64,000 bases of DNA from Octopus vulgaris (taxonomy: Eukaryota): positions 64,852,001 to 64,916,000 of the forward strand of contig OX597817.1 in assembly GCA_951406725.2 (NCBI GenBank). The letters run 5' to 3'. This document shows, one piece after another, positions 37,691 through 52,043 of this stretch (positions within the stretch are counted from its first letter, which is position 1; every line of letters starts with the position of its first letter). A model generated the notes under the pieces. It was given only the letters and a program-made list of their open reading frames with translations, ran no database searches and was not told where the DNA came from. Made by a program: the position numbers and the translations under genes.

Positions 37691-40089
37691 GTATGCATGA
37701 ATAACAAACCTATAAATGTACTGAAAGAATAATTCTGCATAGTGTGCAAGAGAGAAGACTGCATTGGTACTTGTATGTGGTGCATGTAGAAGATGGCAGC
37801 TGTATAAAGAAGCACAAGTTGCTTAATGTAGATGGAATCAGATTGGAAATTCAAGATGATCTGAATGATGTGATAAAGAGGACTCAATAAAGTTGATGGA
37901 ACTAGTTTTGATAAGGAACCAAAAGGATTGGCTATTGTTTGCAGTCTGTGTCTTAAAGAGGGATCTGCATTATGAAGGGCAAAAGATCAAAAAAGAGAAA
38001 AATGGAAAAAGATAAAAGAAACAGCAGTAGAGTATTAAATGTAATAGCAGCAGTGTTTGTCTCTCTCACCACTGTGTTGCCAATCGTCATAGTCATTTCT
38101 TTTGTGAATCTTAGCATCCTGTGATTAGTCTTCTTCACTTTGTCTCATGACTTAGGTGTTCCTCTTGCACAAATTCTACCCATTTTGAGTGCTCCATACA
38201 TAGGATACAAGATGAGCTGTTATTGTTCAGCCCAAATCAAGCTAGTTTTAACCATTCCATCTTTTTGTCTGGACTTCATTATCAAACATGCCTTTCTCTT
38301 TTAAAAATAGTAAGGTTAGATTTGTATGAGATTTAACTGCTATTTTTGGCAAGTCAGATAGATTTGTACAAGCAGCAAGTGACTATTCTGTTGAAGTTGA
38401 GGGTACATAGAAGATTGAATGGGCCCAAAAGAAATAGGTCATACTTTAACCTCATATCAGCTATATGCCTGTAGACACTTGCACAAGAAGAGAACTTGTT
38501 AGAAGTAGACTTTTAGGATCATCATTGCTTAGAGCATGTGGTGACCATGTTGTTGTCTACAAATCAGAATGACAGAGTTTATGGATTGTGTGAGAAATTT
38601 CTGAGTGGCTGTGTTTGGTGGGTGGAATTACTATGGAATTGCAGTTACTAACTCATGCTTGGTTCCAGTGCAGTAAGATGCAGGTGATGTGGATTGTGAG
38701 AATAGAAGAGTTTATGGTTGTAAGAGATGTGTTTCAGGAATGTATGGACTGCAAGCTTGTCAAGATAATTAGAATGTTCAGATTGGTGTAAAAGATGGAC
38801 TGTTGGGGTAAGGAGTAATATGTCTACCTGAAGTATGGGTGGGGAGGTAATAATCATGATGACAAGGATGCTGCTGTCTACTCATATAGACAGCATCTGT
38901 AAACTAAAGGAAAAAATTTCAGTAATTGAGAGCTCACAATTCTAGTGGCCTTAATATGTTGGAAGATAGTATGTAGGTTCCGATTACTTATTTACTTAGG
39001 AACAGCAATAAAGTGTGTAGAAAGTGTAGAATGCAACTCATACTTTGGACCTACATATATAAATAGTTCCAGTATAAAAGAATGTTGAGATAAAACTTTT
39101 AAATGTTCTTAAAACAGTTCAATAATATTGTCATTTTCTCTTGTACTCTTTGACAACATGCACACATCTCACTCAAGTCTTCCTAAATAACAACAGGTGT
39201 CACTCCTGCTTAATTGTTGAGTAATTATTTGGTTATAAAGAACTAACTATTAAAGTATTTTCTTTGACTGTGCAGTGTCTAAAATTAACTAAATATGTAT
39301 CTTTAATATTAGTCGATTCATGTCTCTGATTTATGTGGTATTAAGTGGTTGAAACAAATATTACCCTAGATAGGGAGCTAGCCAAGAGTTTAACACAGAA
39401 ATGAAATGGAAAAGAGAAAGATAGTGCTTCTATGTTCCTAGGTTAGTAAGGTGATTTAGACAATGACAGGTGTGTACAGCTGAAAGTAACTTCGCCTCTT
39501 ATGCAACATAGGTGAAACTTAGCTTCTGGTAACGTCTGCAATTAGATATATGTTCATAATTCATGGGTGTAGTTGCCCAACTTAACCCTTGCACATGTGC
39601 ATGCTTATGCACACATATACATATCCCCTCTTGTCTCCTCTCTGTCTGTTTTTCATCCTCAAAATGTAAAGTTAAATGTTTTTTTTTGTTATCTACTGAT
39701 TCATATAAAATGAATAAAAAGTTATGAATTTTGAATTAATAATCCCCAAAACAATATCTTAGGAGGAACAAATTGTAAAATAAATGGATTTTTTGAATAA
39801 ATCATTTCAACTTTTCTCTGCAAATTATTATTGAAACTAACTTTGGTTTACAATTGAGTGTGATAGAATCATTAGCAAGCCGTTCTTGAAAGAGATTCCC
39901 TCTCCTCATGTCATCATTTCTCTGCTTTATTACTAATTGAAAATGTATTTCCAAAGAATAACCAAAATTTGTAAAAACAAATGTGAAGTGCGTGCGTGCG
40001 TGTGTGTGTATGTGTGTGTGTGTGTGTGAGAGATTTAAATCTTAGTGAGCTGAAATATTAACTCTGTATCTTTTCTTTGTTTCTTGCAG

Positions 40090-43000
40090 ATAAGCGAAAG
40101 CTAGTGTTGAAGAAAGTGGAACCATGGAATAGTGTTCGAGTTACATTCAATATCCCTCGTGAGGCAGCTGTACGTTTGAAACAGTTGGCTCAACAAGGTC
40201 ATGCTGCATTAAAGGAACTTGGAGTACTGGCTGTGCAAATTGAAGGTGATCAGTTGATATCACTGACTATTGCTGGTCACAACAATGAACGAACAGAGTT
40301 GGTATTCAAGAGCTCATCTCCTGCTGCGAGTATGGCTAATCCCTTACATGACCAGATTGCACCAAACCAGGACACTGGTAGTCTGTCTACCTTACCAAGC
40401 AGCAAGAAAGATGTTAATAAATTTATTAGCCCTGGAACTTCTTTGGTGGACTCGATATTGAACTGCTCATCTCCGGCTAGTGAAGTCTTTAGGTCTCCCA
40501 ATGTGGTGGCATCATCGTGTGAACCAATACCCTTTAGACCAAACAGTGTGATCAATACCGTGTCATTCTCGCGTTGTTCGACGTCGACAACTAGTTCAGC
40601 TCTACCGCCAGGGCGCAGCCCCACTGGATACCCTGCTTCGCAAAGTCAAGGTTTATTGTCCTCTCCAAGCACCAGTCGCAGTCCAATTGGTCAGCCTGGC
40701 ATCAAATACCCCTCCACACAGAGTTTATCCCATGCATCCACCACAACCAGGGCAAGTATGACACCAACAGGCTTGCCTCCACCCCCTCCCTATCCACACA
40801 CTACAACAACTGTGAACAATGTGCCTCGCATGTCGAAGCCAGTCACTTCCTCCAGCCCCTTACTGGTTAACTTGCTCCAGACAGACGCTCTATCAGGTCC
40901 CTTTAATAATCTGGCCTCTAGTAAAATGCTCCCCCCTCCAGATGCCAGTCCACCTAAGCGTAAACGTCGGCAGAGAAAAATAAAAGAGCCGAAGAACCCA
41001 AACACCCAGGTTTCTGTTGCCGGGGATGGATCTCTTCAGATCACATCTAATTCTCCTCTAATGTCATATAATGTTTCCTCTTCGCTAACTAGTAGCACCA
41101 ATACATTGTCAACAGCTGTGGCTAGCCAAGGCATATTATCTGCCCCCAATGTTACCTGCCCGAGTCCTACATTCAACCCAAAAGACTATAGTCCTGTTTC
41201 TGCAAAATCTCAAAGTTCAGATATGTTAATAAATGAGAAACTTTCTGTTGATCACAAGAGAAGTGATGCTAATACACTGCCTGCAAATGTCCAACATTAT
41301 TCTGCAGGAAAATCTGGGCAGATCTCAAATCTTTTGTCAAAAGACTCCACTACAGGGGGTCAGCTAATCAATCCACATACTGGCCATTTAGAGTCAGTGA
41401 ATGAAAATAGCCCTTCAAGATCTGACAGCCTGCAAGACCTAATCCCAGCATTGGATACCCAATCAGTTAGAGGAGAATTGATGGCTGGTCTAAAGTCTAA
41501 GTTACCTGTAAATAGTAAAGAATCTGAAAGTGGTAGTCCCAAGACACCGTACACCTGTTCGAACTCTCTACCTAATAAGAATACGTATATCTGTGATAGT
41601 CTTGGACATCACACAAACACAACTCTATCAAAACCCATAAGCCATGGTCATATACAGCTGGGTAACATTAAAGAACAAACCAATCAATGTGTTGGACTCA
41701 ATGGTCAAAATTTACTAGGTCATTCGAAAAACAGCCAGAATGCATCAAACTCAGCTGTGGCGGCCTTTCAGTCTAGTCATAGCAAAGACGGGAGCAAGTC
41801 AACTTCACACAATCCTTCAGCAGAGCTTGTTGATAAAAGGTTTGCTCACTGTGGTGTTGATGTTTCAGAGCAAAGTAAAACAGAGCCAAGTTTGTTTTCT
41901 TCACTCAGGAAAACTTCAGCAGGGCAGACTGGAAGTGTACGCAAACAGAAAAAGTGTGCTAACAATGCTCCACGGACTAGTAAAGCTGACCGAGCTTGTG
42001 GCTCTGTGAATATCCACTGGGCTTCTGATAAGCACAATGTTCCATTCTATAAAAGTTGTTCTGACAAAAGCAGTACGTCGGGTGGCAGTGTTGCCAGCAA
42101 TAATTCAGCTGTCTCATCACTGTCAAGTGGGTTGCATCAGAGCACGTTGAAAGTACATCAGGTTAAGATTCCAGCAAGTGAGAAAACGGATCGCTCTTCT
42201 ACCAGTGACAGCAGCAGTAATACCACCTTCAGCACCACCACTACCACTACCACCACCACTACCACCACTACAGCCACTACTACTACCACCACGACCACGC
42301 GTGATACTACCACAGTGGAGCTAAATCAAATTCAAGAGAGTCCTGACAGCAGTAAAGTAGCCTCTCTCTCAGATGCTGAATCTGAGAGTTCTAACCAGAG
42401 CAGCCTCACAGGTTCCGTAGCCATCACTTCTACTCCTTTCTCGGATAAGGATACTAATGTTAAAAATGTGATGTCTTTGAATAATGATTCTGGTTTGGGA
42501 AGTGTATCAGAACCATCTGATTCTCCTTCAGAATCGGGAGATAGTGAAGTTTTGAAGTCAAATCAGATTAGTCAGAAATCAAACTGTAAGGATGAAAGTG
42601 GCAAGCTTTTTGACAATAATCTGTATGTAATGCAAGAGATACCTACAAACTATAGCTTTCCTAGTAGTAATGTCTTGCATCAGCAAGCTGTTAATTCCAA
42701 ATTAGCTGCTACATTACATGCAGTCAAGAACAGCAGTAGCAGCAGCAGTAGTCTAGCAACAGGTTTGATTAGTGTTCCACAAACACACCAGTCTTCAGCT
42801 GTTCAGTTACAGACTACTGCAACAACTGCTGCAGAGCTGTGCACTTCTGCAGTGGCCAATAGCCATCTGGGGCTGCCCACTTGGACGACAAGTATAGACA
42901 GTAGTGGTAGTTCTGTATCGGCTGCTAATGCAGTTGTCAGCACAGCTCTGTCCCAGTTTGCCTCACCTGGCAGTAAAGTTCTTGCTCCTAATGTCCTCTC

Positions 43001-43194
43001 TACACACAACCCTTGTTCTTCCTCTTCCTCCTCCTCCACCACCACTTCTTCTTCTTCTTCCTCTTCTCTATCGCACTTGTTACCTACTAGTCTGCACAGT
43101 TACTTCACCACCTCAAATTCTGTGCTCTCTTCAGCAACTGCATCAAGTGTCTTTGATTCCAAACCATTTTGTGCCCACCTGACAACATCTCAAG
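40090..43194 (+). CDS. NCOA6: NCOA6-like, giant coding exon (3105 nt): rest of N-terminal domain, PPxY, LxxLL, basic NLS-like motif, Ser/Thr-rich region
   Basis: KKVEPWNSVRVTFNIPREAAVRLKQLAQ...LGVLAVQIEG is the NCOA6 N-terminal signature; SSPLLVNLLQTD matches NCOA6 LxxLL-1. Acceptor tttcttgcag ends at 40089; donor CAAG|GTATGT at 43195. Confidence 0.93.
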
Positions 43195-44502
43195 GTATGT
43201 ATAAGTGTCTGCCTTTGAATTGTTTATATTTTTAATGTTTTTAAAAAAGAAATTTTTTTCTTTTCACCTCTGCCATTTTAATCTATATTGCACAAGTAAT
43301 GTTTGGAAAGAATTGAAGCAAGGTTACTTTGTGTGATTTGTTTTGTTCTTGATATAATATGTCCAGTCATTGGTCAGTTTGTTTTGCAAAGGTTATGTCA
43401 GTGGCATTTTTTTAATTAAGATTTGTTTACTGAAAAAATTTATCCATTAGACTTTGGCCAGACATTTGTTTCATCATAGTTATCTGATACTCAGTTTAAG
43501 TTATTGAGTATTATATAAACTGTGTGAATTGAGTTGAGAAATTGTTTAAAAACAGACAAATTCATTCTCTAAACATTATTTATGTAAAGTTGCTTTGCTT
43601 AAAAATGTTTATTCAGTAGAGTTTTGCATTGTTACTAGGTATGTTGAAACCTAAGACCAGTCAAAGCATTAAGTAGTTTTGATTCATTATTAAATCGTTT
43701 TCCTTAGTTGCCTTTTTATTTATGAAGGAAGTAGCAGTTTGTGAGTCTGACATTTGTTTGACTGTTAATATTTTTAGAGTAAAAAAATGATCTCCACATT
43801 TTTAGCATGTTGGTAAGCATGTATTGTAGGTTTAAATTTATTGTATTTCTGATAAGAGTACATAGTTCTATGTATAGCTCATCTACTTGTGGGTAATACC
43901 TAGTAGATGGTCATGAAATATTTTTATCTATTGGGAGAGTTAGTGGAAAGCTGCAGATGTTTCACTTAGATGATTACTTGGCATTGTCTTTAACTCAGTG
44001 GTCCACATTGTTATTAGCAACTCAGATACGTAATATGGTAGTTTCCAAATAAATTCTTGAGTTATAAATTCAAAGCATCAGTTTTCTTCGAATAGCCTTC
44101 ACTTTCATCTAACATCCTTTACTGAACTGCTTGCATTTGATAATCTTCATCTTATTCAATAGTCTGCACCAAACACCTTCCACCAAGCATCAACATCTGA
44201 CAATCTAAAATTGTGCAATACAACATTGCAAACACCTTTCTGAAACTAAAAAATTTAATGATTTGCAACACTGCATGAACACTGAACACCTACCATTTCA
44301 AATTGTACCATAATCAAATTAGATTGAAACTTGCACTTGTTACATTGATATCACAAGTGATATTCATAAACTAATAGGGAAAAACTCAACACTTAAATAG
44401 TTTTTCAAAACAGTAGCTAATACCACAAAGTATATTAATGTAATAAGCATATGCCACTATCAGCTATCCCACAAGGTTTCAAACCGTAGCTAAACACTTT
44501 AA

Positions 44503-44717
44503 CCCTTTAGTATTTAAACCAGCAATATTTGGCCCAAATATTTTACATGTTTTATATTCAAACCAGCTAAGTCTAGCCTTTCACACCTACCCTGCTATGC
44601 CATTCTAAAAATAAACATTTACATTATCAAAATCTCAAAGCTAAGAGATAATGCATGATTAATACAAAACAATATGAATATGTCTCACATTTGGCAGTAA
44701 TCTGAATGCTAAGGGGG
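44503..44717. mobile_element. TTAA-flanked piggyBac-type MITE
   Basis: TTAA-ccctttagtattt ... aatgctaaggggg-TTAA; homologous to 18916-19133. Confidence 0.82.
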
Positions 44718-45199
44718 TTAATACTCTCACAAATACCATCAGTAGGGAAGATTTTAATGTACTCATGATTTTGAAAGTATAAGTAATGAGAGTTGGCATA
44801 ATATCATTGCAACTAGACTCCCTTGATATCCTAAATAATCCACACCAACACATGCAATTTACCAACTCAACAACAACAATTACACTAGTGTGACAAGCCA
44901 CATCTTACTTGTAATAATTCAATCCTTTGATATAGATGAGTGTGTTTCTGTGCATGACATTAGGAACTAATCCAGACAGTAGCTGCAATAGTCAGCAATC
45001 AATGTTCAGATAGATTGTCAAAGCAGGGAGCCTAGCGGTAGCACTGAAATCTCTCTCAAATCACACCTTATCTTATAAAAGTGCATGTAGGATAATGTGG
45101 TTATTGTGACAGGAATGTCTTTGTTCATAGGTCTGTTCAAAATGAGTTGACCTTATGCATTATGTCAGGAACAGCAACATAATGAATAGTCTGAGTATC

Positions 45200-46800
45200 A
45201 GGACGCTTAATCTGGATATGGTGGTTGAAAAAAAAATCTGAAACTCATATTCAGATGGACTGCCAGAGCAGGGATCTTAGAGAAAGCAGTAAATTTCCCC
45301 TGAAATCACTATAATTACAACAATTCTTTCTCAGACATCACCGTCTTCTCCCACTGTTAGTTACACAGCTAATTAGTAAACAGTTCTCCAAATTTCCTCA
45401 AACTACCTACAAGTTATCATCACAACACACTTGCCTGTCAATAAAGAAATAAAGAAAAAAAGGACTTTTATAAACTTCTAAAAAGCACAGTGGAACAAGT
45501 TCTGCCAAGAAATATTCAAGGTTTTTAGAGTTCAGCAACACCATAATTGCCATTATAGGCACTCACACAACAAAATAATTATTGATTTACATTAAAAAAC
45601 ATATTCAACAAAGAGCAAAGAAAATATAACCTTATTTACACCAGAAAGAGTCATCGTCATTAAAACCACAGACAACCTCAAACAATGCACCAAATTCATT
45701 TGCAACTAAAATAAAGCTTAGCACCAAGTAAATAAAGGAGCCCTCCAAAAAACAAACAAAACAACAAAAATAAGCAAACATATGAGTAAAAAGTTTAAAA
45801 AAAAACTAATAAAAATATAGCATAATAAGTACAACAACAGTTACATCATGCCCCACTCTGTGTTACAATAACAGCCTCAAATAACACCCTAACAGGTATT
45901 TCTTAAAAGTCAGCAACCAAAAGCTACACTAACTTATAAGAATACAAAATGAAAAATATGTCTGTTCCACAGTTTTTATCCCTCCTTTCTTTCAGGTGCA
46001 CAAAGTGCAAGAGGGAAATTTAAAATCTTGAACATTTTGGGGCCAGACAACACTTTCAGAACTTGTAATGTCCCAAATTGAGTACTGATTTCTTTTCAGC
46101 CTATATATACACAACTTTAGTACATCACCATAAAACATACAAACTTTGTAGATATATGATGTCACACATACATATACTCTCACCATTCTCTAGACACTGC
46201 TGCACAACTACTATTCTATTTAAATCCTCTAGGAATTTGGTTCCATAACTACTTTGAAGTAGCAACTACCAAATCCCTTGTCTCCCTTCTTGTTAAAGAC
46301 ATCAGAAAACATCAAATACTAGCAACATAAATATATCTGGTTCACAAAAGACTAAAACATTGGAGTTTACATAACAACTCCACAATATTCGCAATATTGA
46401 ATTAACAGATAGTAAAGAAAGCAAAATGACATGTAAACATACTTAGAACACTTAGGTACTATATTTGACCAACAGAAAGAAGCCACAATGATGTACACAC
46501 ATCAGATCCATCATGGGCTATACCAGTCTCTCCAACAAAGCACAATAACTATAAAGAATACAAAACAGACTGCTGTGTAACATAAGTTTGTACATAAATC
46601 ATACCTGTACACCACTGCCATATTACAACTAAAGTACTATAAATGAAAGGCCATCTGAATATGCAACAGCTACAGTTTGTTACTGCTGGAGGTTTCAGTC
46701 CCCATTATCCCTGTCACTACATAAAAAACCACATCCCAACACCGTAACCCCAGAAAATCCTAAAACACATTCACTTGGTCTGGATAAGCATAAAGAACAC
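45200..46800 (+). mobile_element. probable ancient non-LTR retrotransposon remnant
   Basis: Switch to A/C-rich + strand; remnants resembling LG-x-IFD and RS-x-x-x-Y motifs; clade unclear. Confidence 0.3.
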
Positions 46801-47132
46801 TTACACAAAGAAATAGCTACAACATCAATAGCTTCTATAGCCCAAACTCTTTGTTGAAATACATATCACCAACAATAAATGCTGAACAACTGCAGCTGTT
46901 ACACTGCCTAGTCCATCTTCCCTGACTCCACTGTCACCATCATCAGAATGTTTGAGTTTAAGGATAGACTTGAAAGTGTTGAGAGTACAATGTGATTCAT
47001 CACTGAATATGAGAGTATGCAGCATGATCGTCAATTTGACAGAAGTATAGTAGGACTGAGAAGGATTTGTGTCTGAGCTTATTGATGAAGGTTAACCTAT
47101 GGTTATATTGTAATGACAACCTTAGCATCAAT

Positions 47133-47560
47133 GGCCTTCACCTAGCAGCCTCTACCCAACAACCTTCATCCAAGAACATTCACTCTGCAACTTTCATTGG
47201 CTAAACTCTATCTAACAACCTTCACCTCACAGCATTTTCCCAACAGCCTTCACCTAATGACTTTCACTTAATAATCTTTACCTAACAGCCTTAACCTAGC
47301 AACTTCACACAACAGCTTTTATTTAGCATGATTATTTAACAACTTAACTGAGTATTATCACCTAAAAACCTTTAGCAGCATTCTCTAAAAACATTCACCT
47401 TCCATGGTCTTCCATAACAGACTTCACCTATTAACCTTTACCCTCCAACTTTTATCTGGCATCTTTACCCAACAACCTTCCTTTAGCATCCTCACTCAAC
47501 AACTTTCATCTAGTGTCGTCACTGAACAACCTTCACATAGCATCTTCACAAAACATCTAA
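47133..47560. repeat. degenerate 14-bp minisatellite
   Basis: Units such as ggccttcacctagc, aaccttcacctcac, agccttcacctaat, agccttaacctagc; roughly 30 copies. Confidence 0.75.
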
Positions 47561-49146
47561 TTACTACATGTTATTATCCTCACTATGATGTCCTTCATTA
47601 TTCTTATCCCATTATATCCTATGCTGTTATATCCAATCCTTCACTGTTTCTTTAGCTGTTGTCATCTTCATTATGACATTTGGCTTTATTGTCATAATAT
47701 CTATCGTTTTCTTCAAGGTCAACATTATCATATGCTTCACTGTTATCCTGCTTATTCTTTTGTTGTTTTCACTTTCTCTTCTAACTTAGTTTTGTACTCT
47801 TGTTTCTTTTACATTTTTGCTTGTAGCTTTTTCACTGTTTTCTTTCTGTGTAATTTTCCTTTAAGATACAACCAATGTTCAAAATATCTTTAAGAAATTT
47901 CTGACGGATTGACCTATTAGAAGTTTTGAGAAAAAGGTTTATTATAACAACACAACAGTGCTAATAGTTCCTATCCTACTGATATTACTGAAAATAATTT
48001 TCTAGTGTCATGTATCAATAAATTCAAAATTTAGTATTGCAGAGTACAAGGAAACTACACTTGTGCTGGTTTCATGATAAAATACACCCATAAAGTGATT
48101 GATAAACAAGTGGAAACATTGTAGGCTTGAGTGGATCCTTGCCATACTTTGTTAAGGACATAACCTTTTTAGTCCTGTATATGATAAACTGCATCCAGTA
48201 TGTTTTCTAAACTAGTTGGTGATAGGGAAGGTAGAAACTATGCCGAACTTAACATCCAAGTTAAACAGTCTCCTAATCCTTCTAGTGGGATTATAACTCT
48301 GAATAGGAACTGACTTGAACTCTGACAACTCATCTAACCCATGCCAGTGTGGAAAGCAGATGGAAAATGATGATAATGAAAGAATGACTTTTCAGTGAAT
48401 GATTACTTCCTATATATGATAAATTTGCTTTTTCAAAAATTTTTTCTCTTGTCCATAAATCTTTTTTGTTTTAAATCAGTCAGTTATTAGGCCACTCTGT
48501 CAATCTTAAAAATTTGTAGCTCATTCACATCTTAGGTTATGTCATGACACATCATGAATTAACACACAACTGAGTGCCTTTGTGAAATACTCAATCAGTA
48601 AGTGTGTATTGAAACTAAAATATGCATCATAGTTAGTTACTAATTTTCCTTGTATGGAATAAGTACTATATAGAGGTAAATTATAGAGTAGGAAATTATA
48701 TAGAGCAGAAACAAATTCCCAGTGAAGAAATGAGTTTATAACTGGGCTTATTCCTGCTTAGATTGTGAATTCTTTTAAAAAAGGCATGAATATCAGAACT
48801 CCTCTTTCCTGTTTCAGTGTGAATATCAAAATGCTATTAATATAAGAATTGATTTTAATGGTATTAAAAATATAAAATTCCAGTCATTTTACATTTGTCA
48901 CTTTTTCCTAGCTCTGATAATGGATTGGATGAATTTCACAGTGTCTCACCATATGTCATAGATCTTCATCTAGGATATGCAGCAGCAGATCAGACTGTCG
49001 TTTTTCCTTGATTTAATCAACTGTGTATATTATTATTTTCTTTTTTTGGTGGGGAATGGACAATTATAAATAAGTGCCCTTCCCCTTCATATGACCAACA
49101 ACTTTACAGCATGAACTATCCCTCTCTCACTGTGTTTGTGTGTGTA

Positions 49147-50015
49147 CAGGGTGCAGTGAATAAACTGTTGCCTAAATCACACAAAATGAAAATAACACTG
49201 ACATCTCATTTTAACAGATATATTTACCTAAATTACCTAAAAATATCTTGAAATGCCAAAGAGTAAATTTATCCAATAAAATTGCCATTTGCATCAAGCA
49301 TGGCCTCCATACTACTTTGGAATCTCCAGCAACTCTTCTGGACGGTCTCCTTGTTTAAGTTGGTGAATGCTGTCATAATCCTTGCCTTCAGTTCATCTTT
49401 GGTGTTACAAGGAGTTTTGTTGGTCTCGCTCAACTGTGCCCCACATAATAATCAAGGTGGTTGCAGTCTGAGAAGTTAGGTGATCAAATGTTAGGGGCGA
49501 TGTGGTTGCAGAAATTGTCTGACAGCCATGACTGGGTTCTCCTGCTTGTGTGTAGCATGGTACTGAATCCTGTTGCCAGAGATAGGGTCTTCCAGCAGCC
49601 ACCCTCTTGACTCAGGGCAGCACTACCTCCTCCAGGCACTTGATGTAGGCCTCCGTGTTGAGTCTGAGCCCACGTGGGAAGATGAATGGAGGCATAATGT
49701 CACCATCACTAATGGTCACTCCAAACACCTTTGTAATCACCATTAGACTCATCCAACTCTTTCCGAATCCTCTATACTGTCCTCACGTTGACACTCAAAC
49801 ACTCTAAAATGTTTGTATTGGAGCTTCTGGCATGAACGCCAAGCAGTGTAGGACGTTTCCAAGTTTTTAACAGAGTGAATTGTGTCATGCTGCTATTTTT
49901 CTCACAGATGATGCCCAGCTGACCCTACTGTACTGTGTAGTCGTCAAAATCAAAAACAAACAATGTGCATGTGGGAAATTAAAAAAAATTGTGACAATTT
50001 ACCCATCACACCGTG
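49147..50015 (-). mobile_element. defective Tc1/mariner element, maT (DD37D)-like
   Basis: Degenerate TIRs with TA flanks; remnants GRPYLWQQDSVPCY and PN-x-x-DCN-x-LDYYV. Confidence 0.75.
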
Positions 50016-52043
50016 TATGCGTGTGTGTCCATCTCAAGCCAGCATGAAAAATGGGCGTTAAGGATGATAATATTAATTATTCTGTATATCATACTCAATG
50101 TGGGTATATTATAGAAAGCCAGCACTATACATCTATTTCAGATGCGTTCTCAAAACATACTGCAGATTAGTGGTTTTTTGTGGTATATCCATGTTAAGTA
50201 AGGCATAGAATGCTATTCTGAATCAGTACTACTTCTGTCGCTAATAATAAATATATATAAGGCAAATTGGCCCAGCCGTTAGAGCGTCAGATAGATTTTT
50301 GGTTATTGTTCATAAGACTGATAACTTACAGAAGAAAATTGAAGCTGTAACCAATTTATATTACAACATTTAAAGATGTTTGTTAAATAAATAAATAAAT
50401 GTTATTAGTATAAGTATGGTGTATGCATTCTTTTATTCATTTAGCATTTTACTTAATGGATTGCAATGCTGCTGGAGAACTACCTTCAAAGGTTTAGTCC
50501 AGCATATTGACTCCACTACATATTTTAAAGTCTGATAATTTTGCAAATGTGCATTTGTTGAATTGCTATGCATAAATGTTGGTTTTAAGTAGCCTGAATC
50601 TAAGCATGTGCACACACGACAGGCTTCTACTCAAGGTATTATTAACTTGAAGCTATAGTAGTAGTGGGACTGAACTCAGAACTGCATGGTTTCTAAGCAC
50701 ACATTTCAACCATACAGTTATGCTTGTGCCTATATTACTATTACGTTTTATTTATTTACTTTTTTATATGTAGAAATTGTAGCTGTGGAATAGCTATAAT
50801 ATGTTGTTCATTGGGATTATGGGTTCAAGTCTAATCAGGCGAAAACTCTCAAGGCGGAAGAGTGACAATTGTATAACAAAGAATATAACTTTCAAATATG
50901 TTCTCTCTTATGACTATACTTCAGTACAACCTATGTGAACTTTTACACTATCTCAAGAATCATTTGTTTCAGCAAAAATACAATTTCAAAAGAAATAATG
51001 TAGTTTGAGGGCCTCTTTAAACTTCCATTTATCTCACAGTTATCAAAATTACCATGGAATCTCTTTGGGCACTGCTAGTTATTACTCTAGGAAGTTGATA
51101 CCAAGAACCAGTTTTGATTCCTATCACCAGCACTTTTAGGGAAAGATAGCTATTACCATTACTTTCAAATTTTCTGCCCCCTCAAAACCTCAAGACTCTT
51201 GCTTCTTCAACACTTCAACTGTGAACTGTGTTTCTCTCATAAGTCCTATATATCAATAAATTTACAGGTTAATATGCCTAGTTTAGAAGATTGCTCTGTA
51301 AATGGATTATCTAAGAGCAGATGGTTATGACAAGCATTAGTGTTGGTAGATTGTAATACTTTTGAATTCTTCAATATATATAACATACTATAGTAGATAT
51401 TTCTTGAAAATATGTTGAACAGTCTTCACAGTAGAGCTATATTTATCTATAATATCAAACTATATTTTTATGTCACTCTTCTATTCTGCAATTGGAAGAA
51501 ATCCACTATTGGCAATATTTTCATTGATGCGTTTTATGAAAGAAACCCCACCCTTGATAATATTTTCATTGATTGATGTGTTTTATATGTTGGTGAATAA
51601 TTGATTCTCACAAAAGAATATGTTTTGTGATTTGTTTTTGTTTAAAGAAATATTTTTGAAACAGGTTAACTTCAGTCAGTGCTGATTTGAGCTGGATTTG
51701 AGGAACCTTTTTTTTCTCATCTGTCTTATTGGCTTGTTTCTCTTTTAATTCACTGCTTGCCTCTCCTTGCATCATGTTAGGAAGTATCAAATGTAACTCC
51801 TGTTACATAAATAAAAACACGTTATTCCAAGGTTCCCTTGTTTTAGATATGGTATGCTTCTTTTATAGAAGCTGGCTTCTACTAAATTTAGCAACTAGGA
51901 TTTTTGATTTAATGTGAATAAAAATGTATTTTAGACTAGAACATAAGGGAGATAACTTATTTTTACACTGTGCTTTAAAAATGATTTCTTTATTATTCAA
52001 TTTTTAATATATTTTAATATTTTTCTTTTCTTTTCTTATCTAG

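Noticed and set aside
40277-43045. Antisense and alternate-frame ORFs over the large exons
   Set aside because: Short shadows of Ser/Thr-rich coding sequence with no recognisable homology.
40077-43235. ORF-track start and stop as a standalone gene (likewise 52058-55462)
   Set aside because: Starts are TTG codons at or near splice acceptors and the stops lie just past strong donors; these are internal exons.
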